From contig JAEEUS010000002.1 in NCBI GenBank assembly GCA_016290615.1, positions 40,954 to 104,953 of the forward strand: DNA of 64,000 bases, written 5' to 3'. The number at the start of each line of letters is the position of its first letter. Position 1 is the first letter of the stretch. Under the pieces are notes generated by a model that worked only from the letters and a program-made list of their open reading frames with translations, searched no databases and was not told the origin of the DNA. Both the position numbers and the translations under genes were made by a program. The DNA is from Lachnospiraceae bacterium. GTDB lineage: Bacteria; Bacillota; Clostridia; Lachnospirales; Lachnospiraceae. Shown here in pieces: positions 10,060 through 20,382 of the stretch.

Positions 10060-10239
10060 ATGTCAATTTGTCCTAAGAATAAATCTTCTAAAGGAAGAAG
10101 AGACAAGAGAAGAGCCAATTGGAAGATGAGTGCTCCGACACTTGTAAAGTGCAGCAAATGTGGCGCTCTTATGATGCCTCACAGAGTATGCAAAGCTTGC
10201 GGTTCTTACAATAAGAAAGAAATCGTAGCTGTTGACTAA
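10060..10239 (+). CDS. rpmF: 50S ribosomal protein L32 (Zn-ribbon form); not in the ORF track
   Basis: Manual translation MSICPKNKSSKGRRDKRRANWKMSAPTLVKCSKCGALMMPHRVCKACGSYNKKEIVAVD; RBS AAGGAGGTG. Confidence 0.97.
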   Translation: MSICPKNKSSKGRRDKRRANWKMSAPTLVKCSKCGALMMPHRVCKACGSYNKKEIVAVD

Positions 10240-10251
10240 TATATGCTGATC

Positions 10252-10281
10252 AAAGCCTTCCTGAAAGGGAAGGCTTTTTTT
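10252..10281 (+). terminator. Rho-independent terminator after rpmF
   Basis: AAAGCCTTCC-TGAAAG-GGAAGGCTTT followed by a T-run. Confidence 0.9.
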
Positions 10282-10305
10282 ATTATATTTATATGGCTGA
10301 TAGAC

Positions 10306-10334
10306 TTGATTTTTAAGGATGCCTTTAGTATAGT
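10306..10334 (+). promoter_or_regulatory. Putative sigma-A promoter of plsX
   Basis: TTGATT-17 bp-TATAGT. Confidence 0.6.
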
Positions 10335-10373
10335 TAAAAAGACGAAAATATTCGATTAAAGGTGAGGTAAAAT

Positions 10374-11393
10374 ATGGCAGAGTACGTAAAGGTTGCTCTT
10401 GACGCCATGGGAGGAGATAACGCACCGCATGAGATAGTTAAAGGTGCGATAGATGCTCTTTCACAGCGTGATAATCTGTATGTATATGTCGTAGGCAGAC
10501 AGGATGCGATAAACGCAGAATTAAGCAAATACTCATATGATAAAAACAGGCTTGAGGTAATTGATGCGCCTGAAGTGATAGAAACAGCCGAGCCGCCTGT
10601 AATGGCTATCAGAAAGAAGAAAGATTCTTCTATAGTGAAGGCCATGAATCTAGTTAAAGATAAGACGTGCGATGCTTTTGTAAGTGCAGGTTCTTCAGGA
10701 GCAATACTTGTCGGCGGACAGGTTATCGTTGGAAGGATAAAAGGAGTTGAGAGACCACCTCTTGCACCTTTGATACCCACGAAAGACGGAGTGGCACTTC
10801 TAATAGACTGTGGTGCAAATATGGATGCAAGACCTTCATTCCTCGTACAGTTTGCAAAAATGGGTTCAGTTTATATGAAGTATGTCATGGGAATCGAAAA
10901 TCCCAGAGTCGGCATAGTAAATGTTGGAGCTGAAGAGGAAAAAGGCAACGCACTTGTAAAGGAAACATTTCCATTATTAAAGAGCTGTCCCGATATAAAT
11001 TTCATTGGAAGTATTGAAGCAAGAGATATACCTCTTGGAGGTGCAGATGTAATAGTCTGTGATGCTTTTGTTGGAAATGCTATACTTAAGACCCTTGAAG
11101 GTGTCGGTAAAATGATGATCGGCATGGTTAAAGAGAGTCTAACAGAAAATTTAAAATCGAAGATAGGTGCTTTACTCATAAAGGATTCGCTTAAAAATAG
11201 TCTTAAGAGGGTAGATGTATCGGAATACGGCGGGGCACCGCTTTTGGGTCTTAACGGACTTGTTGTAAAAACACATGGTTCAAGCAAGGCTGGAGAGATA
11301 AAAAATACACTTATTCAGTGTATAACCTTTAAAGAACAGAATATCAATGATAAGATAAAAGAGATCATTGGGAATACAGAAGACAAGATTTAA
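10374..11393 (+). CDS. plsX: Phosphate acyltransferase
   Basis: [39 protein letters not shown]. Confidence 0.97.
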   Translation: MAEYVKVALDAMGGDNAPHEIVKGAIDALSQRDNLYVYVVGRQDAINAELSKYSYDKNRLEVIDAPEVIETAEPPVMAIRKKKDSSIVKAMNLVKDKTCDAFVSAGSSGAILVGGQVIVGRIKGVERPPLAPLIPTKDGVALLIDCGANMDARPSFLVQFAKMGSVYMKYVMGIENPRVGIVNVGAEEEKGNALVKETFPLLKSCPDINFIGSIEARDIPLGGADVIVCDAFVGNAILKTLEGVGKMMIGMVKESLTENLKSKIGALLIKDSLKNSLKRVDVSEYGGAPLLGLNGLVVKTHGSSKAGEIKNTLIQCITFKEQNINDKIKEIIGNTEDKI

Positions 11394-11406
11394 GGAGAAG
11401 TGTATT

Positions 11407-11640
11407 ATGGAATTTGAAAAGCTTAAGAAAGTTATCGCAGAGGTTCTCAGCGTTGATCCTGACGAGATCACAATGGAGACCACTTTTACTGACGATCTTG
11501 GAGCAGATTCGCTGGATTTATTCCAGATCATAATGGGGTTGGAGGAGGAATTTGATATTGAGATTCCACCTGAGAAAGCTGAAAATATTACCACTGTTGA
11601 AGAAGCCGTGGAGCTTATTAAGAGTGAGATAGGTCAGTAA
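11407..11640 (+). CDS. acpP: Acyl carrier protein
   Basis: DDLGADSLD phosphopantetheine site; RBS AAGGAG before ATG 11407. Confidence 0.96.
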   Translation: MEFEKLKKVIAEVLSVDPDEITMETTFTDDLGADSLDLFQIIMGLEEEFDIEIPPEKAENITTVEEAVELIKSEIGQ

Positions 11641-11643
11641 CTT

Positions 11644-11670
11644 AAAAAAGCCCGTTTAATGGGCTTTTTT
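11644..11670 (+). terminator. Terminator after acpP
   Basis: AAAAAAGCCC-GTTTAAT-GGGCTTTTTT. Confidence 0.8.
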
Positions 11671-11686
11671 GATTGAAGGAGCATAA

Positions 11687-12376
11687 ATGATATCCAAATC
11701 AGTAGAAGACCTTGAAAAAACCATAGGATATTTCTTTAAAGATAAGAATCTTGTAAAAAGAGCACTAACACACAGTTCTTTTGCCAATGAACAGAGGATT
11801 AACTGTGACGGGGACTATGAGAGACTGGAGTTTTTGGGAGATGCAGTTCTTGAACTAGTTTCAAGCGAATTCTTCTATAATAAGTATCCGGATCTTCCTG
11901 AGGGAAAACTCACTAAGATTCGTTCATCAAATGTTTGTGAACCTGCTTTGGCATATTGTGCCAGAGAGTTTGATCTGGATAAATATATCAGGCTTGGAAA
12001 AGGCGAGGAACAGACAGGCGGCCGAAACAGAGATTCAATCATTTCTGATGTATGTGAAGCTCTAATAGGCGCTATTTATCTGGATGGAGGCATGGACTAT
12101 GCACATGATTTCATTCACAGATTCATACTTGCCGATCTTGAGAATAAAACTCTTTTCCTTGATAGCAAGAGTGTTTTGCAGGAAATGGTTCAGGCAGCGG
12201 ATCATACAACTCTTGAATACAGGCTTGTAAATGAAACCGGTCCTGATCATAATAAAGAGTTTACTGTTCATGTATATGTAGGCGGCAAGATAACTGGTGA
12301 AGGGATCGGAAAGACCAAAAAGAGTGCTGAACAGAAAGCTGCATATGAAGCTATAAAAAAGATGAAAAACCTATAA
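11687..12376 (+). CDS. rnc: Ribonuclease III
   Basis: ERLEFLGDAVL signature; C-terminal dsRBD (GPDHNKEF...KKSAEQKAA). Confidence 0.97.
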   Translation: MISKSVEDLEKTIGYFFKDKNLVKRALTHSSFANEQRINCDGDYERLEFLGDAVLELVSSEFFYNKYPDLPEGKLTKIRSSNVCEPALAYCAREFDLDKYIRLGKGEEQTGGRNRDSIISDVCEALIGAIYLDGGMDYAHDFIHRFILADLENKTLFLDSKSVLQEMVQAADHTTLEYRLVNETGPDHNKEFTVHVYVGGKITGEGIGKTKKSAEQKAAYEAIKKMKNL

Positions 12377-12401
12377 TATGATACAGAAAGCGAGTTAAGA
12401 A

Positions 12402-15400
12402 GTGTATTTAAAGAGTATAGAAGTACATGGATTTAAATCCTTTGCAAATAAAATAGTATTTCAGTTTCATAACGGTATTACAGGTATAGTAGGTCCTAAT
12501 GGATCCGGCAAGAGTAATGTCGCCGATGCCGTTAGATGGGTTCTTGGCGAACAGAGAGTAAAACAGCTTCGTGGCGGAAACATGCAGGATGTTATTTTCT
12601 CCGGAACCGAGATGCGAAAGCCCCTTAGCTATGCATATGTAGCAATAACATTGGATAATTCAGACAGACAGCTGGGAATAGATTTTGATGAGGTTACTGT
12701 TGCAAGAAGGTTATATCGTTCAGGCGAAAGCGAATATCTTATAAACGGAACTGCATGCAGGCTCAAGGATGTAAATGAACTCTTTTACGACACAGGTATC
12801 GGTAAAGAAGGCTATTCTATCATAGGTCAGGGCCAGATAGATGCAATCTTAAGCGGAAAACCTGAGGAAAGACGCGAACTCTTTGATGAAGCAGCCGGTA
12901 TTGTTAAGTTTAAACGCCGCAAGATAGCAAGTGAAAAGAAACTTGAAGAAGAGAGAAACAATCTTGTCAGAGTAAACGATATCCTGGGAGAGCTAGAAAA
13001 GCAGGTTGGACCACTTGAAAAACAGGCAGAAAAAGCCAAAGTGTATTTAAAGAAAAAGGAAGAGCTAAAGCATAATGATGCTAATCTCTTCCTGTTAAGT
13101 AACGCTTCAACAAGAGAACAGTTATCTGATGTAGAAGAAAAATACAAGATTGCGCATTTTGATCTTCAGACGTCTCAGGATGCTTTTGCAAAGATCAAAG
13201 AGGAATATGATTCCACTCAAACCAGGATCGAGGAACTCGAGCAGACTATTGAAGCTGAAAGAAAGCTTTTGTCTGAAGCAGACAGTACAAGATCAAAACT
13301 GGAAAATCAGATAGAACTACTTAAGGAACAGATTAATTCTGCCAAGGGAAACGAAGAGCATCTTAACAGTAGGAATGACAGTGTTTCAAAGCAGATTCAG
13401 GAAAAAGATGAAGAAGTAAAGAAGATTGCCGACCGCAAAGCTTCTATTGATATTCGTCTAAATGAGGCCAATTCAAAGAAAGAAAAATTAAAACTCGATC
13501 TCTGGCATATTCAAAATGAAATAGAAGAAAAGAACAACGAGATCGAAGAAAAGAAAAACAGCATAATAAAGATCCTTGGAGAAAGAGCGAATATCAAATC
13601 AAGACTCGAACGTCTTGATACTCTTCAGGAGCAGATAGATATCAGAAAAGCAGAACTTACAAGTAAGATAGTAAGTGCAAAAACTGATGAAGAAAAACAG
13701 CAGGATGTAATAAAAGGACTTGAAGAGGATTTCAAGACTGTCACTGCACAGATCGGCAAACTTGAAGAAGAAGAAAAAGAAAAAGAAACGCTTTCTTCAA
13801 ACATGAAATCACAGATTGAGGATCTCGATAACAGATACAGAGATGCTCAGGTAAAATACCATCAGGATAAATCTACCTATGAGGCTCTTTCGAATATAAC
13901 AGAACGATATGAGGGATACGGTGGTTCTGTTAAGCGTGTCATGGAAGAAAAGGATAAAAATAAAGGTCTTATAGGTGTAGTTGCCGATATTATTAAAACT
14001 GAAAAGAAATACGAAATTGCAATTGAAACTGCACTTGGCGGTAATATTCAGAACATCGTTACAGATGATGAAGAGACCGCTAAAAAGATGATAGCTCTGC
14101 TTAAGAAGGAAAGAGCAGGAAGAGCAACTTTTCTTCCGCTTACAAGCATTAAACACCCCCAGGAATTCAAAACTCCCGAAGTTCTTGATGAAGAGGGTGT
14201 TATTGGAATGGCTGATGCTTTGGTTAATACCAAAAAAGAATATTCAAATGTTGCTAAAGCGATGCTCGGTCGAATTGTTGTCATCGATAACGTCGATAAT
14301 GCCGTTAAGATTGCCCGTAAATTTGATTACGGTGTTCGTATGGTCACATTGGAAGGAGAATTACTCGTTCCGGGTGGTGCAATAAGCGGTGGTTCATTCA
14401 AGAAAGATTCAAATCTCTTATCAAGGAGAAGAGAGATGGAAGAAATGCAGCAAAACATGAAAGAAACGCTGATCCTTATTGATAAGCTGCAGGAAGAGAT
14501 CGAAGAAACAAAGAAGAACAGAAATGCAATAAGAGTTGAGATTGAAAACATCAAGATAACTCTTCAGACCACATATATTAAGCAAAATACAGTTAGGCTT
14601 TCTCTGAACGCAGCAAGAAACAGGCAGGAAGAAAATCAGGCCGACACTGATTCACTGAAGAATGAATCTATTGAGCTGGAAAAACAGATTGGCAGCAACG
14701 AACAGGAAAGAAAGAACATCCTTGATCTTATGCAGCAATCTACCGAGACAGAACATGAATGCGAAGAAGCCGTAAGCAGATTAAACAAGGATCTTGATGC
14801 AAAAAGAAGCGAAGAGAGCAAGCTAAGCGAAGAACTCGCAGCAGCTGATGTTGAGCTCGAAAAAGTAGCTCTTGAATCAAATTTTGAACAGCAGAATATC
14901 GATCGTATAGAGAATGAAAAGCAGCGTTTCACAGATGAACTGACTGAGATAAGAGATAAGATGGACAGTTCTAAGGAAGAAGTTGAGATCAAGGAAAACG
15001 AAATAGAGGAGATCAAAAAGACGATCGAGAATTCATATACTGTTCAGAATGATACTAAAGACAAGCTCGATAAGGATATAGAAGAAAAGGAAGAACTGAA
15101 TAACAAACAGAAGACTTTCTTTGCAAGAAGAGAAGAATTAAATGACAAGATTACTGGTCTTGACAAGGAAGTGTACAGATTAGAGGCACAGAAAAACAAA
15201 CTCAGTGAATCTCTTCAGTCACAGATAGATTATATGTGGAATGAATATGAGATCACTCTGCATGATGCCGAAAAACTGCGTGATCCTGAACTGAATGACC
15301 TTGTAGTATTAAAGAGAGATGTAGCACAGTTAAGGGACGAGATAAAGAGACTAGGTGACGTAAATGTAAATGCTATCGAAGAATACAAGGAAGTTTCGGA

Positions 15401-15962
15401 AAGATATACGTTCCTAAAGACTCAGCACGATGATCTTGTAGAAGCCGAAAAGACTCTTATTGGAATAATCGAGGAACTTGACAGTGCAATGCGTAAACAG
15501 TTTAAAGAAAAGTTTTCGCAGATAACTCGAGAGTTTGATAAAGTATTCAAAGAGTTATTCGGCGGCGGAACCGGTACTCTTGAATTGATGGAAGATCAAG
15601 ATATTCTCGACGCAGGTGTGAGGATCATAGCCCAGCCTCCGGGAAAGAAACTTCAGAATATGATGCAGTTATCCGGCGGCGAAAAAGCGTTAACAGCTAT
15701 AGCGCTTTTGTTTGCGATTCAGAATCTAAAGCCATCACCTTTCTGTCTTCTTGATGAGATAGAAGCCGCACTGGATGAGAGTAATGTAGGAAGATTTGCA
15801 AAGTACCTGCATAAACTGACAAAGCATACACAGTTCATAGTCATCACACACAGACGTGGAACTATGGAAAGAGCAGACAGACTGTATGGCATAACCATGC
15901 AGGAGAAAGGTGTATCAACGCTTGTCAGCGTAAATCTAATAGACGATAAGGATCTTAACTAA
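12402..15962 (+). CDS. smc: Chromosome segregation protein SMC
   Basis: GPNGSGKSN, coiled coils, hinge GRATFLPL, LSGGEK, LDEIEAALD. Confidence 0.98.
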   Translation: MYLKSIEVHGFKSFANKIVFQFHNGITGIVGPNGSGKSNVADAVRWVLGEQRVKQLRGGNMQDVIFSGTEMRKPLSYAYVAITLDNSDRQLGIDFDEVTVARRLYRSGESEYLINGTACRLKDVNELFYDTGIGKEGYSIIGQGQIDAILSGKPEERRELFDEAAGIVKFKRRKIASEKKLEEERNNLVRVNDILGELEKQVGPLEKQAEKAKVYLKKKEELKHNDANLFLLSNASTREQLSDVEEKYKIAHFDLQTSQDAFAKIKEEYDSTQTRIEELEQTIEAERKLLSEADSTRSKLENQIELLKEQINSAKGNEEHLNSRNDSVSKQIQEKDEEVKKIADRKASIDIRLNEANSKKEKLKLDLWHIQNEIEEKNNEIEEKKNSIIKILGERANIKSRLERLDTLQEQIDIRKAELTSKIVSAKTDEEKQQDVIKGLEEDFKTVTAQIGKLEEEEKEKETLSSNMKSQIEDLDNRYRDAQVKYHQDKSTYEALSNITERYEGYGGSVKRVMEEKDKNKGLIGVVADIIKTEKKYEIAIETALGGNIQNIVTDDEETAKKMIALLKKERAGRATFLPLTSIKHPQEFKTPEVLDEEGVIGMADALVNTKKEYSNVAKAMLGRIVVIDNVDNAVKIARKFDYGVRMVTLEGELLVPGGAISGGSFKKDSNLLSRRREMEEMQQNMKETLILIDKLQEEIEETKKNRNAIRVEIENIKITLQTTYIKQNTVRLSLNAARNRQEENQADTDSLKNESIELEKQIGSNEQERKNILDLMQQSTETEHECEEAVSRLNKDLDAKRSEESKLSEELAAADVELEKVALESNFEQQNIDRIENEKQRFTDELTEIRDKMDSSKEEVEIKENEIEEIKKTIENSYTVQNDTKDKLDKDIEEKEELNNKQKTFFARREELNDKITGLDKEVYRLEAQKNKLSESLQSQIDYMWNEYEITLHDAEKLRDPELNDLVVLKRDVAQLRDEIKRLGDVNVNAIEEYKEVSERYTFLKTQHDDLVEAEKTLIGIIEELDSAMRKQFKEKFSQITREFDKVFKELFGGGTGTLELMEDQDILDAGVRIIAQPPGKKLQNMMQLSGGEKALTAIALLFAIQNLKPSPFCLLDEIEAALDESNVGRFAKYLHKLTKHTQFIVITHRRGTMERADRLYGITMQEKGVSTLVSVNLIDDKDLN

Positions 15963-16930
15963 TGGGATTATTTGACAGACTACGTGTCGGGCTGACAAAG
16001 TCCAGAGAAAACTTTGTTAATAATGTTATAAGTGTTTTTGATACTCATCAGTATATAGATGATGATTTTTATGACGAACTGGAAGAACTCCTTGTTATGG
16101 GAGACGTTGGTGTAGAAGCAACGGAAAACATAATAGAAAAACTAAAGGATGACGTAAAAGAGCAGCATCTAAAAACACCTATGCAATGCAAGGCTTTTCT
16201 TATAAAAAACATAAAAGAACAGATGCGTGTAAGTTCGTCTGACTATGAGTTCTTAAAGCAGAGAAGCGTTGTAATGGTTATTGGAGTCAACGGTGTAGGT
16301 AAAACAACCACAATAGGTAAGTTGGCTGCCATCTATAAATCAAAAGGCAAGAAGGTCCTGATAGCTGCTGCAGATACGTTCAGGGCAGCTGCTACAGAAC
16401 AGCTTGAGGAATGGGCGCATCGTGCTAACGTGGATATAATCAAGGGCAAGGAAGGCAGTGACCCTTCAAGTGTTTTATATGATGCCGTTAATGCTGCAAA
16501 TGCAAGAGGTGTTGATGTCCTTTTAGTCGATACAGCTGGACGTCTTCATAATAAAAAGAATCTTATGGAAGAACTGAAAAAGATGCATAGGATCGTCGAG
16601 AAGAATTTTGCTGATGTAAAACAGGAATATCTTATTGTTCTTGACGGAACTACCGGTCAGAATGCACTTGTTCAGGCAAGGGAGTTTTCTCAGGCAGCTC
16701 CGCTTTCCGGTATAGTAATAACAAAAATGGATGGTACCGCGAAGGGTGGTATAGCCATAGCTATTCAGAGTGAATTAAATGTACCCGTTAAATTCATTGG
16801 AGTAGGAGAAAAGATAGATGATCTGCAGGAGTTTGATCCTGATACATTTGTAGATGCACTTTTTGATTTCAGAAAAGAAGGTGCGCCTGAAGATCTTTCC
16901 AAGATTGAAGCATTGCATTTTGATGATTAG
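15962..16930 (+). CDS. ftsY: SRP receptor FtsY
   Basis: GVNGVGKTTT, DTFRAAA, DTAGR, TKMDGTAKGG. Confidence 0.97.
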   Translation: MGLFDRLRVGLTKSRENFVNNVISVFDTHQYIDDDFYDELEELLVMGDVGVEATENIIEKLKDDVKEQHLKTPMQCKAFLIKNIKEQMRVSSSDYEFLKQRSVVMVIGVNGVGKTTTIGKLAAIYKSKGKKVLIAAADTFRAAATEQLEEWAHRANVDIIKGKEGSDPSSVLYDAVNAANARGVDVLLVDTAGRLHNKKNLMEELKKMHRIVEKNFADVKQEYLIVLDGTTGQNALVQAREFSQAAPLSGIVITKMDGTAKGGIAIAIQSELNVPVKFIGVGEKIDDLQEFDPDTFVDALFDFRKEGAPEDLSKIEALHFDD

Positions 16931-16949
16931 TTTTAAGGAGAATACCTAC

Positions 16950-18161
16950 ATGCTCGAATTAAAGAGTTTTGAAGAAGCAAGCGAAGCAGTTTCCAAAGTC
17001 ACACAGGAAACCAAGCTAATATACAGTGATTTTTATAGCAACCTTACAGGTAACAAAGTATATCTGAAACCTGAGAATATGCAGTTTACAGGTGCATACA
17101 AGGTAAGAGGCGCATATTACAAGATCAGTACACTTACTGATGAGGAAAGAAAAAGAGGGCTGATAACAGCTAGTGCCGGTAATCATGCTCAAGGCGTGGC
17201 CTATGCAGCAAAATGCTTTGGTATTAAGGCTACGATTGTTATGCCTACAACAACACCATTGATAAAGGTCAACCGTACTAAAAGTTACGGCGCTGAAGTT
17301 GTGCTTTACGGCGATGTATATGATGAAGCTTGTGATCATGCATACAAACTGGCAGAAAAGCATGGATATACATTTATTCATCCTTTTGATGATCTTGCAG
17401 TAGCTACAGGTCAGGGTACGATTGCAATGGAGATATTTAAAGAGCTTCCTCTGGTTGATATAATACTTGTTCCTGTAGGAGGAGGCGGGCTTGCTACAGG
17501 TGTTTCTACTCTGGCAAAGCTTCTAAATCCGAAGATAAGAGTTATTGCCGTTGAACCGGCAGGTGCTAATTGTCTGCAGGTTTCACTAAAGAACCAGAAG
17601 GTAACAACACTTGAAAGTGTTAATACGATTGCCGATGGAACTGCAGTCAAAACACCGGGTAGTAATATTTTTCCTTATCTGCAGAAAAATCTTGATGATG
17701 TTATAACAGTCAATGATGAGGATCTTGTAGTTGCCTTCCTAGACATGGTCGAGAATCACAAGATGGTAGTCGAAAACAGCGGATTATTGACTGTAGCCGC
17801 GTTAAAGCAGCTAGATTGCAAGGATAAAAAGATAGTATCCATACTGTCAGGCGGAAATATGGACGTTATAACCATGTCCAGTGTTGTTCAGCAGGGTCTT
17901 ATCATGAGAGACAGGATATTTACTGTTTCCGTACTCCTTCCTGATAAACCGGGAATGCTTAGTAAAGTATCAAGCATTATAGCTGAAGAAAATGGTAATG
18001 TAATTAAACTTGAACATAATCAGTTTGTATCTATTAACAGGAATGCCGCTGTTGAACTTCGCATAACTCTGGAAGCATTCGGTACTTCTCACAAGGAAGC
18101 TATAATGAAGCGGTTAGATGAAGAAGGATACAAACCAAAAGTAGTAAGAACTAACGTATAA
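16950..18161 (+). CDS. ilvA: Threonine ammonia-lyase (short form with one ACT domain)
   Basis: TGAYKVRGA PLP lysine, ASAGNHAQGVA, VGGGGL, LSGGNMD, C-terminal LPDKPG ACT; RBS AAGGAG before ATG 16950. Confidence 0.92.
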   Translation: MLELKSFEEASEAVSKVTQETKLIYSDFYSNLTGNKVYLKPENMQFTGAYKVRGAYYKISTLTDEERKRGLITASAGNHAQGVAYAAKCFGIKATIVMPTTTPLIKVNRTKSYGAEVVLYGDVYDEACDHAYKLAEKHGYTFIHPFDDLAVATGQGTIAMEIFKELPLVDIILVPVGGGGLATGVSTLAKLLNPKIRVIAVEPAGANCLQVSLKNQKVTTLESVNTIADGTAVKTPGSNIFPYLQKNLDDVITVNDEDLVVAFLDMVENHKMVVENSGLLTVAALKQLDCKDKKIVSILSGGNMDVITMSSVVQQGLIMRDRIFTVSVLLPDKPGMLSKVSSIIAEENGNVIKLEHNQFVSINRNAAVELRITLEAFGTSHKEAIMKRLDEEGYKPKVVRTNV

Positions 18162-18162
18162 C

Positions 18163-19551
18163 ATGAAGAAACTTATTGGTACTAAAGAGTTTTACAAAAG
18201 TGTAATGGCAATTGCTTTTCCCATAATGATTCAAAATGGGATAAGCAATTTTGTCAATTTACTGGACAATATAATGATCGGAAGAGTAGGAACTGAGCAG
18301 ATGAGCGGTGTATCTATCGTTAATCAGCTCATGTTTGTTTTTATACTCTGTCTTTTCGGTACTGTTTCCGGAGCCGGTATACTGGGAGCGCAGTATTACG
18401 GTCAAAAGAATATGACCGGAGTAAGTGATGTATTAAGGATCAAGATAATAATTGCATCAGCAGCAATGCTCATGGCTGTTGCAGTATTTATGTTTTTTGA
18501 TACACAACTGATATCTTTTTACCTTCATGAAGGCAGTGAGGAAGGTGATCTTGCTGCAACGCTCTTTTATGGTAAGGAATACTTGAGGATAATGCTCATA
18601 GGACTCCCGCCTTTCGCAATCGAAATGAGCTATTCATCCACACTCCGCGAATCAGGTGAGACCAAAGTGCCGATGAGAGCATCTGTAATGGCTGTATTTA
18701 TAAATCTCGTATTAAACTATATTCTTATCTTTGGTAAGTTTGGAATACCTGCACTAGGAGTTGCCGGTGCAGCTATTGCAACTGTGATCTCTCGATATAT
18801 TCAGGCTGCATATGTAGTCATTTGGTCACACAGACATGAAATTACAAATCCTTATATCGAAGGGCTATATAAAAACTTTAAAATTTCATGGAATATGTTC
18901 TTAAAAGTCTTTATTCTTGCACTTCCTCTGATGCTTAATGAGACTTTGTGGTCAGCCGGGACCGCAGCCGTAAATACCTGTTACTCATACAGGGGGCTGG
19001 CTGTAGTTGCTGCTTTAAATATTCAATCAACCATATATAACATATTTAATATAATGTTTATTGCAATGGGAGACGCAATAGCGATAATCGTAGGTCAGCA
19101 GCTGGGTGCCGGACAGATAAAGGAAGCAAGGGAAACTTCAGCAAAAATAATAACGATGTCTGTGTTTTTTGCAGCCGCAGGCGGATTGATGATGCTTTGT
19201 GTATCAGGAGTATTCCCGAAAGTTTACAATACCTCTGATGAGGTAAGAAACTTGGCATCTACTCTTATAAGAGTTATAGTTTGTTTCATGCCGATACATG
19301 CTTTTCTTCATGCAGTATATTTCTCTATAAGAAGCGGAGGAAAGACATTTATAACATTTCTGTTTGACAGTGTATATCTTTGGGTAATATCATTCCCGTT
19401 TGCATATTTCCTGGCTCATTATACAGGCATAGATATTAGATATATGTTCATAGCTTGTCAGGCTATAGATCTGATAAAGGTAATGATAGGCTTTTTCATT
19501 TATAGATCAGGTATATGGGCCAGAAATATAACAGAATCAGTCCAGTTGTAG
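18163..19551 (+). CDS. MATE family efflux transporter
   Basis: About 12 TM segments; LDNIMIG, NLVLNYILIFGKFGIPALGVAGAAIATVISR. Confidence 0.92.
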   Translation: MKKLIGTKEFYKSVMAIAFPIMIQNGISNFVNLLDNIMIGRVGTEQMSGVSIVNQLMFVFILCLFGTVSGAGILGAQYYGQKNMTGVSDVLRIKIIIASAAMLMAVAVFMFFDTQLISFYLHEGSEEGDLAATLFYGKEYLRIMLIGLPPFAIEMSYSSTLRESGETKVPMRASVMAVFINLVLNYILIFGKFGIPALGVAGAAIATVISRYIQAAYVVIWSHRHEITNPYIEGLYKNFKISWNMFLKVFILALPLMLNETLWSAGTAAVNTCYSYRGLAVVAALNIQSTIYNIFNIMFIAMGDAIAIIVGQQLGAGQIKEARETSAKIITMSVFFAAAGGLMMLCVSGVFPKVYNTSDEVRNLASTLIRVIVCFMPIHAFLHAVYFSIRSGGKTFITFLFDSVYLWVISFPFAYFLAHYTGIDIRYMFIACQAIDLIKVMIGFFIYRSGIWARNITESVQL

Positions 19552-19563
19552 TAAGGTGTATTT

Positions 19564-20382
19564 ATGACTATATCAATTAATGATGATTTTGATCTTGATA
19601 AGATAATAGGTTCAGGTCAGTGTTTCAGACCCTGCAAAATTTGTGATTTTCCCAAGACGTACAGGTTTGTATACGGCACGCATATTCTATATATAATTCA
19701 GACAGACAAAAACACGTACGACATTTCATGTACTGAAGATGAATGGAATAATATATGGAATACTTATTTTGATCTAAGCAGGAACTATGGAGATATTAGA
19801 AAGAGCATTCCTACTAACGATACATATATGTTTGAATCGGCTGTTGACGGTAAGGGAATCAGAATTCTCAGGCAGGATAAATGGGAAATGCTCATATCAT
19901 TTATCATATCTCAGAGAAAATCAATCCCTGCTATAAGAAGCTGCATTGAAAAGCTTTGTTCTAAATATGGCACAAAACTCAGTACAGACAAGGAAGATAT
20001 ATTTCTTTTTCCTACAGCACAACAATTGATGAATGCAAGCGAAAATGATCTGGCTGCATGCGGTCTTGGATACAGAGTCGGCTATATTCTCGATGCGGTA
20101 AGAAAAGTCTACTTTAAAGAAATTGATCTTGAAGAAATAGATAATCTATCAGATGAAGATTTGTTTAATGAACTTACATGTGTTAGGGGAGTAGGCAAAA
20201 AGGTAGCAAACTGCATTATGCTTTTTGCTTATAACAGAATAGGTAGAGCTCCTGTCGATGTATGGATAGCAAGAGTAATAGATGAATTCTATGATGGAAA
20301 AGATCCTTTTGATATGTACGGAGAAAATGCCGGCATAATGCAACAATACGTTTTCTATCATATACAGAACAGACATAGATGA
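19564..20382 (+). CDS. ogg: 8-oxoguanine DNA glycosylase (Ogg1-like, HhH-GPD)
   Basis: SGQCFR, GIRILRQD-WEMLISFIISQ, GLGYR, RGVGKKVANC, PVDVW. Confidence 0.88.
   Translation: MTISINDDFDLDKIIGSGQCFRPCKICDFPKTYRFVYGTHILYIIQTDKNTYDISCTEDEWNNIWNTYFDLSRNYGDIRKSIPTNDTYMFESAVDGKGIRILRQDKWEMLISFIISQRKSIPAIRSCIEKLCSKYGTKLSTDKEDIFLFPTAQQLMNASENDLAACGLGYRVGYILDAVRKVYFKEIDLEEIDNLSDEDLFNELTCVRGVGKKVANCIMLFAYNRIGRAPVDVWIARVIDEFYDGKDPFDMYGENAGIMQQYVFYHIQNRHR

Noticed and set aside
10063-10425. 120-aa minus-strand ORF in the track
   Set aside because: Antisense shadow of rpmF, its terminator and the plsX start; rpmF on the + strand has a promoter, RBS and a recognisable protein.
12827-15016. Ser/Phe/Leu-rich antisense ORFs in smc (and similar ones throughout the window)
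   Set aside because: Compositional shadows of Glu/Lys-rich sense genes, with no RBS or recognisable motifs.
16854-16949. Longer N-terminus for ilvA (similarly 11368 acpP, 21408 ligase, 27469 rbgA, 51578 mtaD, 56458 nrdD, 59771 degV)
   Set aside because: These starts overlap upstream genes or regulatory elements; downstream ATGs match RBS position and/or family N-termini better.
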